A DNA stretch of 63,628 nt, counting the filler, from Sphacelaria rigidula (lineage: Eukaryota), in assembly GCA_964200075.2 (NCBI GenBank). It is 6 parts of 6 records of this genome, joined end to end, with 100 filler letters (N's around TTAATTAATTAA, not from the genome) between each part and the next. Parts side by side here need not be neighbours in the genome. Positions count along the whole stretch, not along the records: positions 1 to 10,522 come from CAXNAA020006340.1; positions 10,623 to 21,144 come from CAXNAA020006341.1; 4 more parts are not named here. The stretch is one strand, 5' to 3'. The notes under the pieces are model-generated. The model saw only the letters and a program-made list of their open reading frames with translations, did not search any database and was not told the DNA's origin. This document shows, piece after piece, positions 1 through 11,689 of the stretch; position 1 is the first letter of the stretch, and each line of letters starts with the position of its first letter. Both the position numbers and the translations under genes were made by a program.

Positions 1-3000
1 GGGGGCGCGTACTCATTTGTTGTTTGCCTTAGTCGTTTGACTATTGACCACGGGGGGGGGGAGGGGGGGTAATAAAAACGGGAAGAAAAAGCAGAACAAA
101 GAAATGCGCAGGGTATTTTCGTGCCCTGTGCTTGTGTTTTGCGTTGATGCCTAGAATTGGTGGGCACAAAACAAGAGCGCCGAGGTCATCCGACCAGGAG
201 ACATGATTTGTTAACCACGACAACATACTATTTTAGGGGATGAAAGTCCAGATGACTCAACATTTCTTTGGTATCTAGTGTGTGATCCAGTGAGTTGTAC
301 AGCACCGATTTGATCGATATACATGCCGCCTAGTAATATAGACATGTTACAAAGGAGCCATTCAAACCGTCATCCGACGGCGATGTCCGACATCCTTTAC
401 ACTGGGGGGGTTGAGGGTTTAACCTTTTGACAATGTGGATAGGTAGGTCATCTGGCTACGTTTTTTTTCACGGAAGATTGATGCTGATTGAACAGATGAC
501 CTATGCTCGCGGTCGACGTTCTCGTCACAAACATTCGCATCGGCGGAACCCACACGCATTGGCTCATCAGCCCCCAGCGTTTTTTCGTCGCGCATGTCGC
601 TTTTACGGGGACGTACAGTTGCAACTCATAGCAACCGGGCACGTTTTCCCCTGGCAACGATCTTGTGTATATATATTTTTTACTTTTAAACCTGTATCTC
701 CAGGTCATTCTTCCTGGGTGTCCTATATTTCCGTTCGTTACGTCCTACTTACACTACGATACTCGGAACATAACGCAGTTCTAGATGATATCAGCCGAAT
801 GTGCGGAGAAAATGAATCAAACTTGATTCTGTAGGAATAGTAGACGTGGTGTATCTTTGAGTATGCAGTACCGAAGTATCACGGATGTGAATAAGGAAGA
901 ATCATTGCAGGGAACCTGTTGAGTCGGAATCGTGTTTACTCGAAAAACTAAAAGGTAATCCCGAACGCCCACCCTAACGGTCGAAGGGCTAACCCTTCGA
1001 TTACCCGGGACCGTCAATCCATTGAATCGGCATCATATTATCTGTACAATGCAAAGAAAGATGAGCGGAAGGCATTTGGGGGTGCCTAGAGGGTTACCCC
1101 GTTGACTGTGTAAATATCCATATGCGAAGGTGTCAATGTCGTGTTCATTGCACATGCGCCCATAGCTGCGAACTTTTTGTGACTCGCTTCCTTGTGTCAA
1201 CCCGAGGTGCAGGAAAGGCGGTTGAAATATAGGATGCGGTCGAAGGGAGAAGCATACGCACCGGGGTTTGCGCATATCACGGAGCCGTGGACCATTGTTC
1301 CGAGCTTGAAAGAATCAACAAATCCCATCAACCGATACTTGGAGCTCACGTATTTCGTCGAGGCAGTGTTTGGGCAGGGGGAGGGAAGGGGGGCGGGGGG
1401 GTGTCTATCTCCTGCGGACAAACCGTAAACGGTGCAGACCATACCGTACGGCACTGCATGACGTTCCAGTCCAGCAGTCTAGTAGAGTATTGGTAATGCA
1501 AAATGCAATTCATCAGTCCCCGCCACCACTTCGTTCTCTTGTGCCGAATGGTTTTATGGGATCATGTCGGACGGTCTTTGTTGTGGTCAGGTTATCGACC
1601 ACAGCCCAGATCTTTTTGGCTTTTTCGGCGGACTTGTCTCTGCTAAACAGGGCTGACCACCTACTACAGTGCAACCGGTCAACCGTGTGCGGATTGAAGA
1701 GATGACTATGATACGTTACGATAGCCTGGAGTGCTAGGATGGGTGAAATTCCACTCAACACTGGCCTGTTCACATCTCAACCACTTCGCACAACATAGCC
1801 CCCGCCCCTCCCCCCCGCGGCCCTTCCCCAAACCCCCGTCGGTACGCCCTCTATTCATTTTTTGTTCTCGGCTCGTCTTTCGGGCGCTTGACGCTTGTCT
1901 CTCACCACCACATGATCAAGAACAAATTCGGCAACCTGCTTCGCTTGTCGTTTAGCCGACCACATCACTCTTGAAGTATGGCTCAAACTCTTGCGAAACA
2001 TCCAAGTGAAGATCAGGAAATTAGTGACACAATCAGTAGCACGTTCGGCACCACGAAAGAAAAAAGCGTGCCACCAACAATATTTTATGCAATAGTTCCG
2101 CACGGAAGCAAATCTCCTGCTGTATGTGTGATACGTGTGCGCGTGTGTTGTGTGTGTGTTCACGAGCACGTGTACCCCGTGGGACGTTCGACGTTTGTTC
2201 ACATGCTTAGAAGTGTATCCTTACAATTGATCAACGCCGGCTAAATCACTCTGGGAGAGATGACGAAGTCGGATTGTAGCAAACAGTACCCCTGTACTGG
2301 AGTGGACTATGCGGGAAGTGTCATGCAGTCGCAATAGCACCGACACCGCACGCGCACAAGGTGTTGTTAGCAAAGAATGGTAACTGACTCTGCACAAGCA
2401 AAATCAGAGGTGTTCGTGCGACGAACGGGTGGGCTTGACAGTTGTCCTTCAAAACATCGAAACGAGGGGGCAATGGAGGGAGGTCGAAAGACAAGTATAT
2501 GCCTGGCGGAAGCTCCACCCACCGACAGCTTTTTCAACGGACCTCCCATGAGCAGGCCTGCGATTTTGTGTGAAATATCACTCTTTATATTTCAAAAAGC
2601 GAAAACCACGGAGCCTTTTTCGACAGGCAGAACGTTTTTTCGGAGTTTCTGTTTTCGAGTTTGTACTCATGCGTGAGTTCTTGAGGAGACTTTCGAGGAA
2701 CGAGGACAATTACACGATATTATACTGTACACATCAGTTCAGAAGCGTCTTGTGGATAAGGTGGCTAACCAGTGAGAATGCTGTAAGCACAATAGACGCG
2801 ACAGTCAGTGCAGTCCAGATTGCATTTGGTGATGTTTTACAGGTGTGCTGCATTACCTTCCAAATCGTTTCCGTGGTTCAAAATAATTCATGAAAAATAT
2901 GTATGCAGACAGACCACTACACACTGAGTGTGACATAACTGTGACTGTCTGTACCGCACAAACTGTCTGGACTACAGGTAGTAGGTATGTGCGATAAAAT

Positions 3001-3506
3001 ATATGCAGAAGTCAGCAAAAGTTGAAGAGAAAAAGGTAACCTGTCCCGACTACAGGCCGAGATATAGGTAAACCCTGACGAACGAAACATGAGTCTTTCT
3101 TGGAAACCGTAGAGCTCACACTAAAGAAACTCCTCAATCACACTGACTCTGCTGTACTGTACAGCACTGGTCAAATTTGCAGTTTTGATTCTAGCATGCA
3201 ACTCTTCCTTCGCTCTGTCCTTGTCGCTACTTACTGCGGAGAAGACTTAGCATTCACCCGTGGAGACTGTACAGTCAGGGCGACATGACAAAAAACACTT
3301 GACTTGCGACGCAAGACGGTCGTAGTTTGTCACAAATTCCGACCGTGTCTAAAAATAACGTACACGAAATTCCCGCATGATCACCGTCACAACGCATCTC
3401 ACAGCACAACAGACAACGACAAGATGACAACGATAGCGGCAGCAATAGAAGCAGCAACAGAAGCAGCAACAGAAGCAATATCAAACAGACATCATCATGC
3501 CCTCAC

Positions 3507-3750
3507 CGTATAAATTAAGCTGCCTCTGAAAGGATGTGAGCTTGTTGTGTCTGTAAAACTTCGGCATGGTTTGCTCCACGAACTCCTTGTAGTTGACGAT
3601 GTGAAAACTCTCTCCATCTTCATCCCACTCGATCACGCCCGGCTCACTAACTGTGAGTATCTGGAAGAGTTTCCGCGGGAACATAGACGGCGCGCCACGC
3701 CCCGCTCGCGTAGGAGGAAATGCAGCGTACAGCTCTTCTGTAGTCGTCAT
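3507..3750 (-). CDS. HSF-type DNA-binding domain transcription factor, first coding exon
   Basis: Translation MTTTEE...FPRKLFQIL...VIEWDEDGESFHIVNYKEFVEQTMPKFYRHNKLTSFQRQLNLYG matches the HSF winged-helix signature (F.RKL, I.W...G.SF.I, SFQRQLN.YG). The exon ends TAC G|GTGAG, with the splice donor at 3506. Downstream exons were not identified in this contig. Confidence 0.9.
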
Positions 3751-6700
3751 ATCTCACACAAAACACCCGTCTTAGATTGATCAAGCTACCGTTCCCCCCG
3801 CTCCGGTCTCTTGCTTCACCCCTTCGCCCTCCCAGCTCCGGTCCAGTCCCCAAACCACACTCTTCGTTGTTTTCCCTCAAAGAACGAATATAAAGTCTGC
3901 CCGGAAACGAAAATACCAGCAAGCACACCCAGCAGCAGCGAAGCAGAAGCGGTCACGCTAAAGCAAGTCAAGCGCCTACCCCAGAAGGCAATATTTTGAA
4001 AAGAAGGGGTGCAAAATGAGCCGGAAGTGCGGTGGTACACCTCTTTGCAAGCTTGTGCCGGTGGCCTTGTGGCAGGGCGGGGGTTGCTTCGTGTGAGAGA
4101 GTAGGTCTAGGTTATTTCATTCCTTGTGGGCAATTAACAGCAGGCTACATCTCCTGTTCCGGGTAAATTTCAGCTGCGTTTTTTGTAACGTCTCTAGGTG
4201 ACTGCCGTAAATTCATTCGTTCATTATTATTGATTTGCTTCTTCTTCAAATGACTACAGCTTTACGGCTCTTTGGTTCGGGATGGATTGTTTATAAAATT
4301 CAAGTAAAGAAAATGTCCCCAGTAGATATACTGTATAGACATGGACACGCCTTGGAACTACTCCACAGCTGAAGGGTTGACAACCATGTGAAGTGCGGTA
4401 CAATTCTGGAGATAGTAAATAGTCCGAAAAGATTGAGAAGCAAAATAAATGTAATACGGTAGTGGTTATCACAGATGGAGGCAGGTGTAGTGCATATATC
4501 GCACAACAGTATACCAGTACAGACAGTAGAGTCAGTTGTACAGATTGCACTGCCTGTACATGATGGTGCAGGCATGATTCCACATATATAAACACAGGTG
4601 GTGACGGGGAAATGGCGGTGTTTTCGACATCACCGCGAACGTGTACATTCAAGAAAATTGAGACTGCCCGGGGAGTGGCTGCTGACTACTCGTCCTTTAC
4701 ACAAGACAAAGATGCAATACACAATCCAGAATCCAAGTGGCCCTCATCACATCTGTCCGACGTGCCATGCACTGGCACTATTTCATCATACTTTCGTTTC
4801 CAGAGTCAACAGGTTGTGGATGAAGCTCTTTCCTGTGATATTATTCTGTGGTCGATGTGGACACGCTTGAACATTTGGGGGCTGTTTTAAAATTTAGAAC
4901 GAGGGCATTGATTGAAAGTCGCGCAAACCTCGGGCGCGACAACATCAATAATGCTATCCTTGACTCGATTCAAGCCAAGCACTGTACATTTCGCTGCTTG
5001 GCCTAGTTGTTGTGTAGGGTTGGGGCTAATCAAGTCAAAGTTGTTGGATCTCTATTGTACCTGCTTGAAAGGCGTGGCTCTCAAGAATTTCGAAGTGGTT
5101 GTGAAGTAGACTTCCTGAGCAGACGACCTACGGAAATCACCTAAAAAAATATTGCGCTTATCCGTTGAATATGCTATTTGTGGCCATGCATGGGAAGTGC
5201 ACAAAGCGCAGCTGTCCGAGCCAACAAGGAGTAATTCTGCTATCACGAGGTCGACGTGGGTGGTAGTGCACGGTGCCGGGACGTATACCGCCGTGGTAAA
5301 GCAGTACGTACCATGCTCGACCTAACATGTTCGCCCGTAAGTAGTGTAGCACGAAAGAGTAATGAACGGACTTTACCACGACTCTGAGCCGAAATCATCA
5401 TTTTCAACAAGAAGCGCTGAAGAATCTTAAAAACTACTATTCCGCAGCAACATTTTGCCTGTAACAATGTGCTGCTTCTTCTACCATGCCGCATTGGTAT
5501 GCCGTCACGGTCGGCGTCTCCACCTAATCTCAGCAGCAGCGCTGCACCTCCCACGACACCGATTATTCTTATACCCAAGACCGTTTCGTAGAAAATATTT
5601 CAAAGCTATTCCGGAGAGATACTACTCACGACGGTGGAATCACCTATAATCTCCACAAAAAAAACTTTTTTTAGTTCCATTTCACGATCTCAAGTAAGCA
5701 GATTTTACTCCAGGTCGCGTCTCCAAGTTCGCGGTTGAAACATACTTGATTCTAGTGACCACAACAAGATTCGAATCTTTAACGGGGATGCTCCCAACTC
5801 GCGGGACCGATTTGAGGTCTGCCAAGCACCCCACCCCTGCCACACCCTTTGCCCGAGGGTCTTTGATATGTGTGGGTAAGGGCTAGAGTCAGGGGTAGCG
5901 TTATTGAAAACATGTGCCGACCATGGTTATGGGGATACGGACGGGGGCAAACCCACCTCATCGAAGCCAGTGCGGCATCAAATATTATCGGCGGCCTGTT
6001 TGACAGTAGTTGGTTGTGGTCCGAGCCTTCGCAAAACGAAACATTTTTCAGGACGGTTACGGATTGTTCTCAATTCACCTGAAACCCGAAACAGGATATG
6101 TTCTGAAATCCAGGGGGGTGGAGCCGGATTACGGAACAACACTAAGTCCTGTCAGCAAAACTATTAATTGTGGCCATTATTTTGTCAAGGGAACCTCTTT
6201 TGTTACCGTAGCTTTCGAACGAGCACACCTGCCATGTCCGGAGCCTTCGACATGGTGTACAACGAATCCAGTGAATTGTTATATTCAAACCAAGACGTAA
6301 CGTTGAACACGGACAACTGAGAACGATTATCTGAAACTTGTACATATATACCGCTCAACCTCTGCTGACGAAATATTTTAGTATTCGTGATAAGTTCCAC
6401 GATCGCAATAAATATTATTATTAGTAACGGGCAGGTTTTCTTTTAGGACAACAACAACAAAAACAACAACAAGAAGCGAGGTCACACATTACGGCCGAAG
6501 AGTGCACATGTATTTTTCCCCAACATATTTTCGTGCTTGCGATTATGGAGGTTCCGGCCGCCATCGTTTGGAAGCGATCTCGACTAAGTTGTTTGTGGAC
6601 GGTGGAGAACCGGCCACAACGGTGCCATAATGCTCTAATATCAACATCATGCGTCGTGCGCCCAAGATGTCGACCGAGTAATCCAACCACGATAGAATGA

Positions 6701-8344
6701 GGGATCGCTTCGGGGTCAGGTTGGGATCCTCATCCTTACTCCGTGTGTACAGCGCCGCGGCATGAAACATGGACCAACAACAGGGAGAAGATAGGGGATC
6801 TTTGAGGTGTCTATGGAGGATACGCTCCATACGGCCAAAGAACCAGAGTAGTACTGTTCGCCCCCTGGAAGGGTGACTGGTGGCTGACACCGCCCAAATG
6901 CGCACACAGCAAGGTAGAGGGCCTGGTGGGACTGTGTAGAATACCGACTTCGCTCTCTCAACTCTGCGTTTTGGCATCTAGTGAAGGAAATAAAGCGTTG
7001 TGCACTGTTGTACTGCACTGTACTGTGCTGTGCACTACTGTGACTGTACCACGATCACCAACTCATACCGTTACGTGTGCCACGTGATCTGTGTAGCTTC
7101 CGTCCGCTCAGACAAGACGGATGGTTCAAAGTCATTGGCGGTCGAGCGATTTTACTGTGGAAGCAGTTTCTCCTCCCGAATGAAAAAGGGGAAAGGGAGA
7201 AATAAATAATAATAATGGGGGGCGTTCTCAGTGAATGGGTTGCTTGCCTTCGTCGTATGATCATTGACCACGCATCCCTTTCGAGACGAGCAGGTGATAA
7301 AAACCGGGGGAGGGGGGGGAGGGGAGGGGGGAGAAGATGAGCTGATGAGTCATGCTCCGGTGGGGTTGCACTAATATTTTCTGAGGTCAGAATTGTTAGG
7401 AGCTCTTTATCCGATCGAAAACACGACTTTTTCTAATATGTGGAAGTACGCCAGAATTACGATTCCAATGTGCTAAGGGATACCCCGAATGGATTTGCGA
7501 ACGCGGGTGCCCATCCGTGTTCTTGTGTATCTAGAATCGTTGGGAGCCCCTCATCAACCAGACAAAAAAATGCGCAAAAAGTGCAAGCGTCGGACGAATT
7601 ATTGATGATTCGTCTGGAAAGTGCTTGATTTTCGTGTGATTGATTCGTACCGTACGAATCAATCCTTGGGCAGTGTTACCAGCGTTGCAACCCGCCAGGT
7701 ACGCGCAACCCAGGAACGTGGAAGGGAGCAAAAATGGCGCCGAAACCTTTTTGATCATCAGCGGTCAATGTTTTCTCTTTTTCGAGCAACCAGGCCTGGA
7801 AAATCGTGGATTTGGTTATTGTTCAAACCGGCGATGATTCGTCCGAACCGTGAAAAAGTGCACCCCTACCGTAGCAGCATTGCTCTCATAAGAAAACCAT
7901 TATGTGTAGTATTTGTATTGGAAAACACAGCCGACACTGCCAACCCCGAAGAGAGAAGCGAGAGGAAATAAGTAGTGATCTTGTCACAGGAGGAAAAAGC
8001 TACATTTATTTTATTCATTTAATAACATTGGAATAATTGTTCTTGGGGGGGGCGATTTTTTCTGAACCACAAAAACAAGGAAAGGGGAAAAGCAAAAAGG
8101 AAGAGTGTGATACTATTATTACAAGGTAATTTGGGTCGTTTCTCCCGCGAAATTCAATTTTAAATCGTCGTTGAAAGCAGCAACGTTTCTTCGAACGCGC
8201 GTTTTACCAATGAAACACACTTAGCTATACCACTTGGCACCGTTTTCACCCAGATACAAACGCACCGCGATTATTATTTGGGCCGTTTGACACATCTGTG
8301 AGTCCCTGTTTCTCGTGGAAACCCCCACCCCCCTCCCCGGCAAG

Positions 8345-8672
8345 AACCCGGCGTGCTCTGTCCTGGCTTTGTAGGGACGGACCCCCGATAGGGTTGGCGT
8401 CGGTTGGCGATGACGCTGTAAAATATGTCATTCACTGCGTAAGCTAAGCAACCAGGTCACCGGCTTTTTTTGCGCGCATGCCTTTTTTTGCGGTAACCGT
8501 GATGATGATAGTCGAGCTAGATCATGCTGTGCGGTGCGAGAGAACTTCACCTCCGCACAAAGGGGATGATCGTACTACGTGGTGTTTAAACGGTGAAATA
8601 CCTATGAGGCAGTGCATAAGCTGGGGCTGTCTCTGGAAGCGGCGATACCAGAAAATAAAGCAACTCGTTCAC
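8345..8672 (+). repeat. Partial copy of a ~500-bp dispersed repeat family (other copies 29860-30365, 36125-36635, 61110-61615)
   Basis: Shared blocks AGGGTTGGCGTCGGTTGGC.A.GACGCTGTAAAA, GAGCTAGATCATG and GGCGATACCAGAAAAT.AAGCAAC. Confidence 0.8.
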
Positions 8673-8689
8673 GGAACCGTAGGTAAGGT

Positions 8690-9000
8690 ACCGTACCGAG
8701 CGTACCCTCGGCATTTACCGGGGTATCTCATACCGTGGTATGCGTGGGTATCGTAGGCATGAGTTTTGAAAATACCTGATTGAGCAGGTACGATAGGTGT
8801 TGAAATCTCGAAATATCGTGGTATCGTAGGTACGACATTTGATGATCCCCGATTGGACGGGTACGGTAGGTACTGGTATCTCGAAATACCGTGGTATCGT
8901 GGGTATCATAGGTACGACATTTGAAAATACCCGATTGGGTCGGTATCGGTAGGGTATGAGATGTCCCAAATACCGGTACCGGGTACCTGTATTACCCTCC
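8690..9000. repeat. GGTA/TACC-rich minisatellite, ~73-85 bp unit
   Basis: Recurring CATTTGAA.ATACCCGATTG.GC.GGTACGGTAGGTA...CTCGAAATA.CGTGGTATCGT; GATTG anchors at 8778, 8851 and 8933. A related piece lies at 9700-9790. Confidence 0.8.
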
Positions 9001-9220
9001 ATACCGACTTCAAAACTGTCATCCGGCAGTGCGGAGAAGTGTTTCAGGGCGTGACTTGCCACATTTTTTTCCGATCGAAAAAATGGGGCGGTGGAATCGA
9101 TTTGAGCGAAAATAGCTCATTTTTGTCGAGTTGGGTCCAAGCGAATTTCAAGCTTCCGATCGAAAAAAGACAGGGAAAATCGTGAAACGGTACATGGTCA
9201 CTCCTATACGGCTCAGACAA

Positions 9221-9538
9221 TTGCCGCGCCCCGGTGGTGTAATGGCCCGACTGTCGCCATTAGGGCGGAGAGAACGGGGATTCGATTCCCGATGCGTTCG
9301 GATTCTTCTTCGTAATGTATGATTTCCACCCTGGAAAGCGTGAGAATGTGAGTAAACAAAGTAGTCGACTGTGTTCGGGTGACGTGAGCTGACCCGGTGC
9401 GGGAGTACTGACCCAATCCACGAGACCAAAATGAAAGACGCGTACCGGGGGAAAGATGGGAAGATCCCTTTGGACCACGGACTCATCCCGAGGAAGGGGA
9501 GGGGTTCAAGGTGTGAGGGAAAACAAAATAAATGCAGT
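9221..9538 (+). mobile_element. tRNA-derived SINE, copy A
   Basis: A box TGGTGTAATGG, B-box-like GATTCGATTCC, ~230-bp conserved body and A-rich 3' end. Flanking direct repeat TCAGACAA at 9213-9220 and 9539-9546. Confidence 0.85.
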
Positions 9539-10214
9539 TCAGACAACATAATAATGAGTTCATTTGAATTGATCCAAACACGAGAATCAGGGGGACTCTG
9601 GGTATTATATTACTTGTGAAAACAAGCCGTACCTGCTCCGGCAACTTCTGGCCTTTGCGTAAGTTGGGACCAGCTGCGGCACCGTGAAGAGTGCATCGCG
9701 TCCGGTATTTACCGGGTATACCCCCGGTATTTACCTGGGTATTCCATACCGTAGTATGCGTAGGTATCGTAGGTATTGTAGGTATCGTTGTTGTTGTTGT
9801 CTTCACATTAAAAAAACCGTTCCGATATCTGCGCGGTACATTTGTACTGGGCATCTGATGCGGACGCCTTCCGTTCCGTGGTCACAGGCTAGCAAAAGAA
9901 GAAAAAAAAGACCCAGATGGAAACTCACAAAGACACTTTCTACGATACCCCCCCCCCCCAAACCAGCCCAAAAGTGTCACGAAAAAAATGGTCACATAGC
10001 GCCTGATGTTTGGGTTCAGCTGTGCATGTAGCGCCTCATCATGTGGGCGACATTGGCGAGAAAGAACCCAAGCGTAGGAATTCCAATCTGCTCGTTGTGC
10101 CCCCGCCTTTTTCTATCTCGGTTCACGTGATGATTTCGCCTCCCCAAACCAGGCACTTTGGGGGGGAGGGCTATCGTAGAAAGCGTCAAAACGCGATACA
10201 AGCTAAACAGGGAA

Positions 10215-10450
10215 AAATAGGTATGAGATTTAAAAGTACCCGATTGAGCAGGTACGGTAGGTATTGAAATATCTACATATCGTGGTATCATAGGTATCGT
10301 GGGTATGGGTTTAGAAAATATCTGATGATTGAGCGGGTACGGTAGGTATTGAACTCTCGAAATAATGTGGTATCGTAGGTACGGCATTTGAAGATCCCCG
10401 ATTGGGCGGGTATGGTAGATATTGGCATCTCGGAATACCGTGGTATCATG
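10215..10450. repeat. Second array of the ~73-85 bp GGTA-rich minisatellite
   Basis: Same unit as 8690-9000; GATTG anchors at 10242, 10327 and 10400. Confidence 0.8.
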
Positions 10451-10522
10451 AGTAACAGTGTTTTCGTGAGATTGAGAGTAGATGATGCGATTGAGAGTGG
10501 CTTCGATCATTCGCTTTAAGTG

Positions 10523-10622
10523 NNNNNNNNNNNNNNNNNNNNNNNNNNNNNNNNNNNNNNNNNNNNTTAATTAATTAANNNNNNNNNNNNNNNNNNNNNN
10601 NNNNNNNNNNNNNNNNNNNNNN
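10523..10622. other. Artificial contig spacer
   Basis: N44 + TTAATTAATTAA (stops in all six frames) + N44. Confidence 0.98.
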
Positions 10623-10865
10623 CTGAAGTGTTTCTTGCACGTGCACAATCACCTAAGCTACTGTACAAGTCGAGGCCCAGCGCCTCCAGCGTAGAGTCCC
10701 CATGGTGATCACATCATCTGTACCCGGCATGACCGCATATGAACATGGATGGGTCCAGCACAACCGGTCCCCAGCTGGTGCGTAAAGCGGTTCGGACAGG
10801 GCAAGTTTTCTGCTTGGCGCGCTCGACGTTGCCGTTAGCCAGTTTCACCAGCTGTTTGTCACTGC
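10623..10865 (-). mobile_element. Gypsy protease-region fragment
   Basis: Translation QLVKLANGNVERAKQKTCPVRTALRTSWGPVVLDP is a close paralog of QFVKLANGNVERVK...HTRWDLVVLEP at 15050-15150. Confidence 0.75.
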
Positions 10866-11689
10866 GTGTCTGACAACATCTTCGACGGGCTGCCACTCGA
10901 CGAAGACGAATTGCAGCAAGGGATTACACGCCACGCGAAATGCTGGATCGATATGGAAATTGATCCGTACGAAGCTGCAGCAGGCGTGAAAAAGGCCCAC
11001 GCCGTACGGTCTGAGCCAACTGTAATGGGTCGCGTAGAAGGGCAATGCAGATCAACACAGGAGTACTTTGCGGAAAACGCGGGCAGCCTGACCCCACCTG
11101 AGTTCAAGGATAAATTTCAAAATATACTCTACATGAAAAGGGACTGGAAAAAGAGCTCAAGAGTAGTTCATAAGGTGGCTCATGACTTAGCGGGAAAATG
11201 GAAGACTGTTGAGGAGGTTGACAAATATCACCGTCAGTAACCGCAACTTAGGCAAAAAAGCGGCTCACAATACTCGAAAAAACTGACATCGCATGCCGGC
11301 GCAGCGGCTGCGGCCGCCGCAGCGGGTAGCGGCGGTAAGAGCTCGAGAAAGCGGAAAATTTCAGCTCTTGCAGTTCAACCCTAACTGCCGGCGGGACCGG
11401 CTCAGGAGTGGACGTCTCAGACAATGCCGGTATGGCCGGGTTTGTAGGGTAGTCCACGTCCAGTACACGTATGTGCAGGTTCATGATGATTTACAAGTGG
11501 AACAACCTGCTGTACGCGTTTTCTATTTGTTGACGGACTTGCGGGTCTGACCGGTAGACTATGTGGATCACTTCACGCATGTGTTTACTTCCGATAACAA
11601 GGCGGTGGGTCCATAGATACGGGCCGAATTTCATAACGCAAACACTAATTTCGAGTAATTTAATTTTAATTTTTACCAGGCCCTCTACG

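Noticed and set aside
3040..3075. Candidate HSF exon 2 after a TTTCGTTCGTCAG acceptor
   Set aside because: Gives GFTYISACSRD, lacking the basic residues and conserved H..F of the HSF wing region.
9228..9300. Possible functional tRNA genes (also 25008, 51198)
   Set aside because: A and B boxes are present but there is no proper acceptor or anticodon stem, and each continues into the same 230-bp body, so they are SINE heads.
8690..10450. Regularly spaced repeats that could be mistaken for a CRISPR array
   Set aside because: The units are degenerate tandem copies without unique spacers; no cas-like ORF; eukaryotic context.
10567..10578. TTAATTAATTAA motif recurring every ~10.6 kb
   Set aside because: Embedded in fixed N runs; a synthetic six-frame stop linker, not biology.
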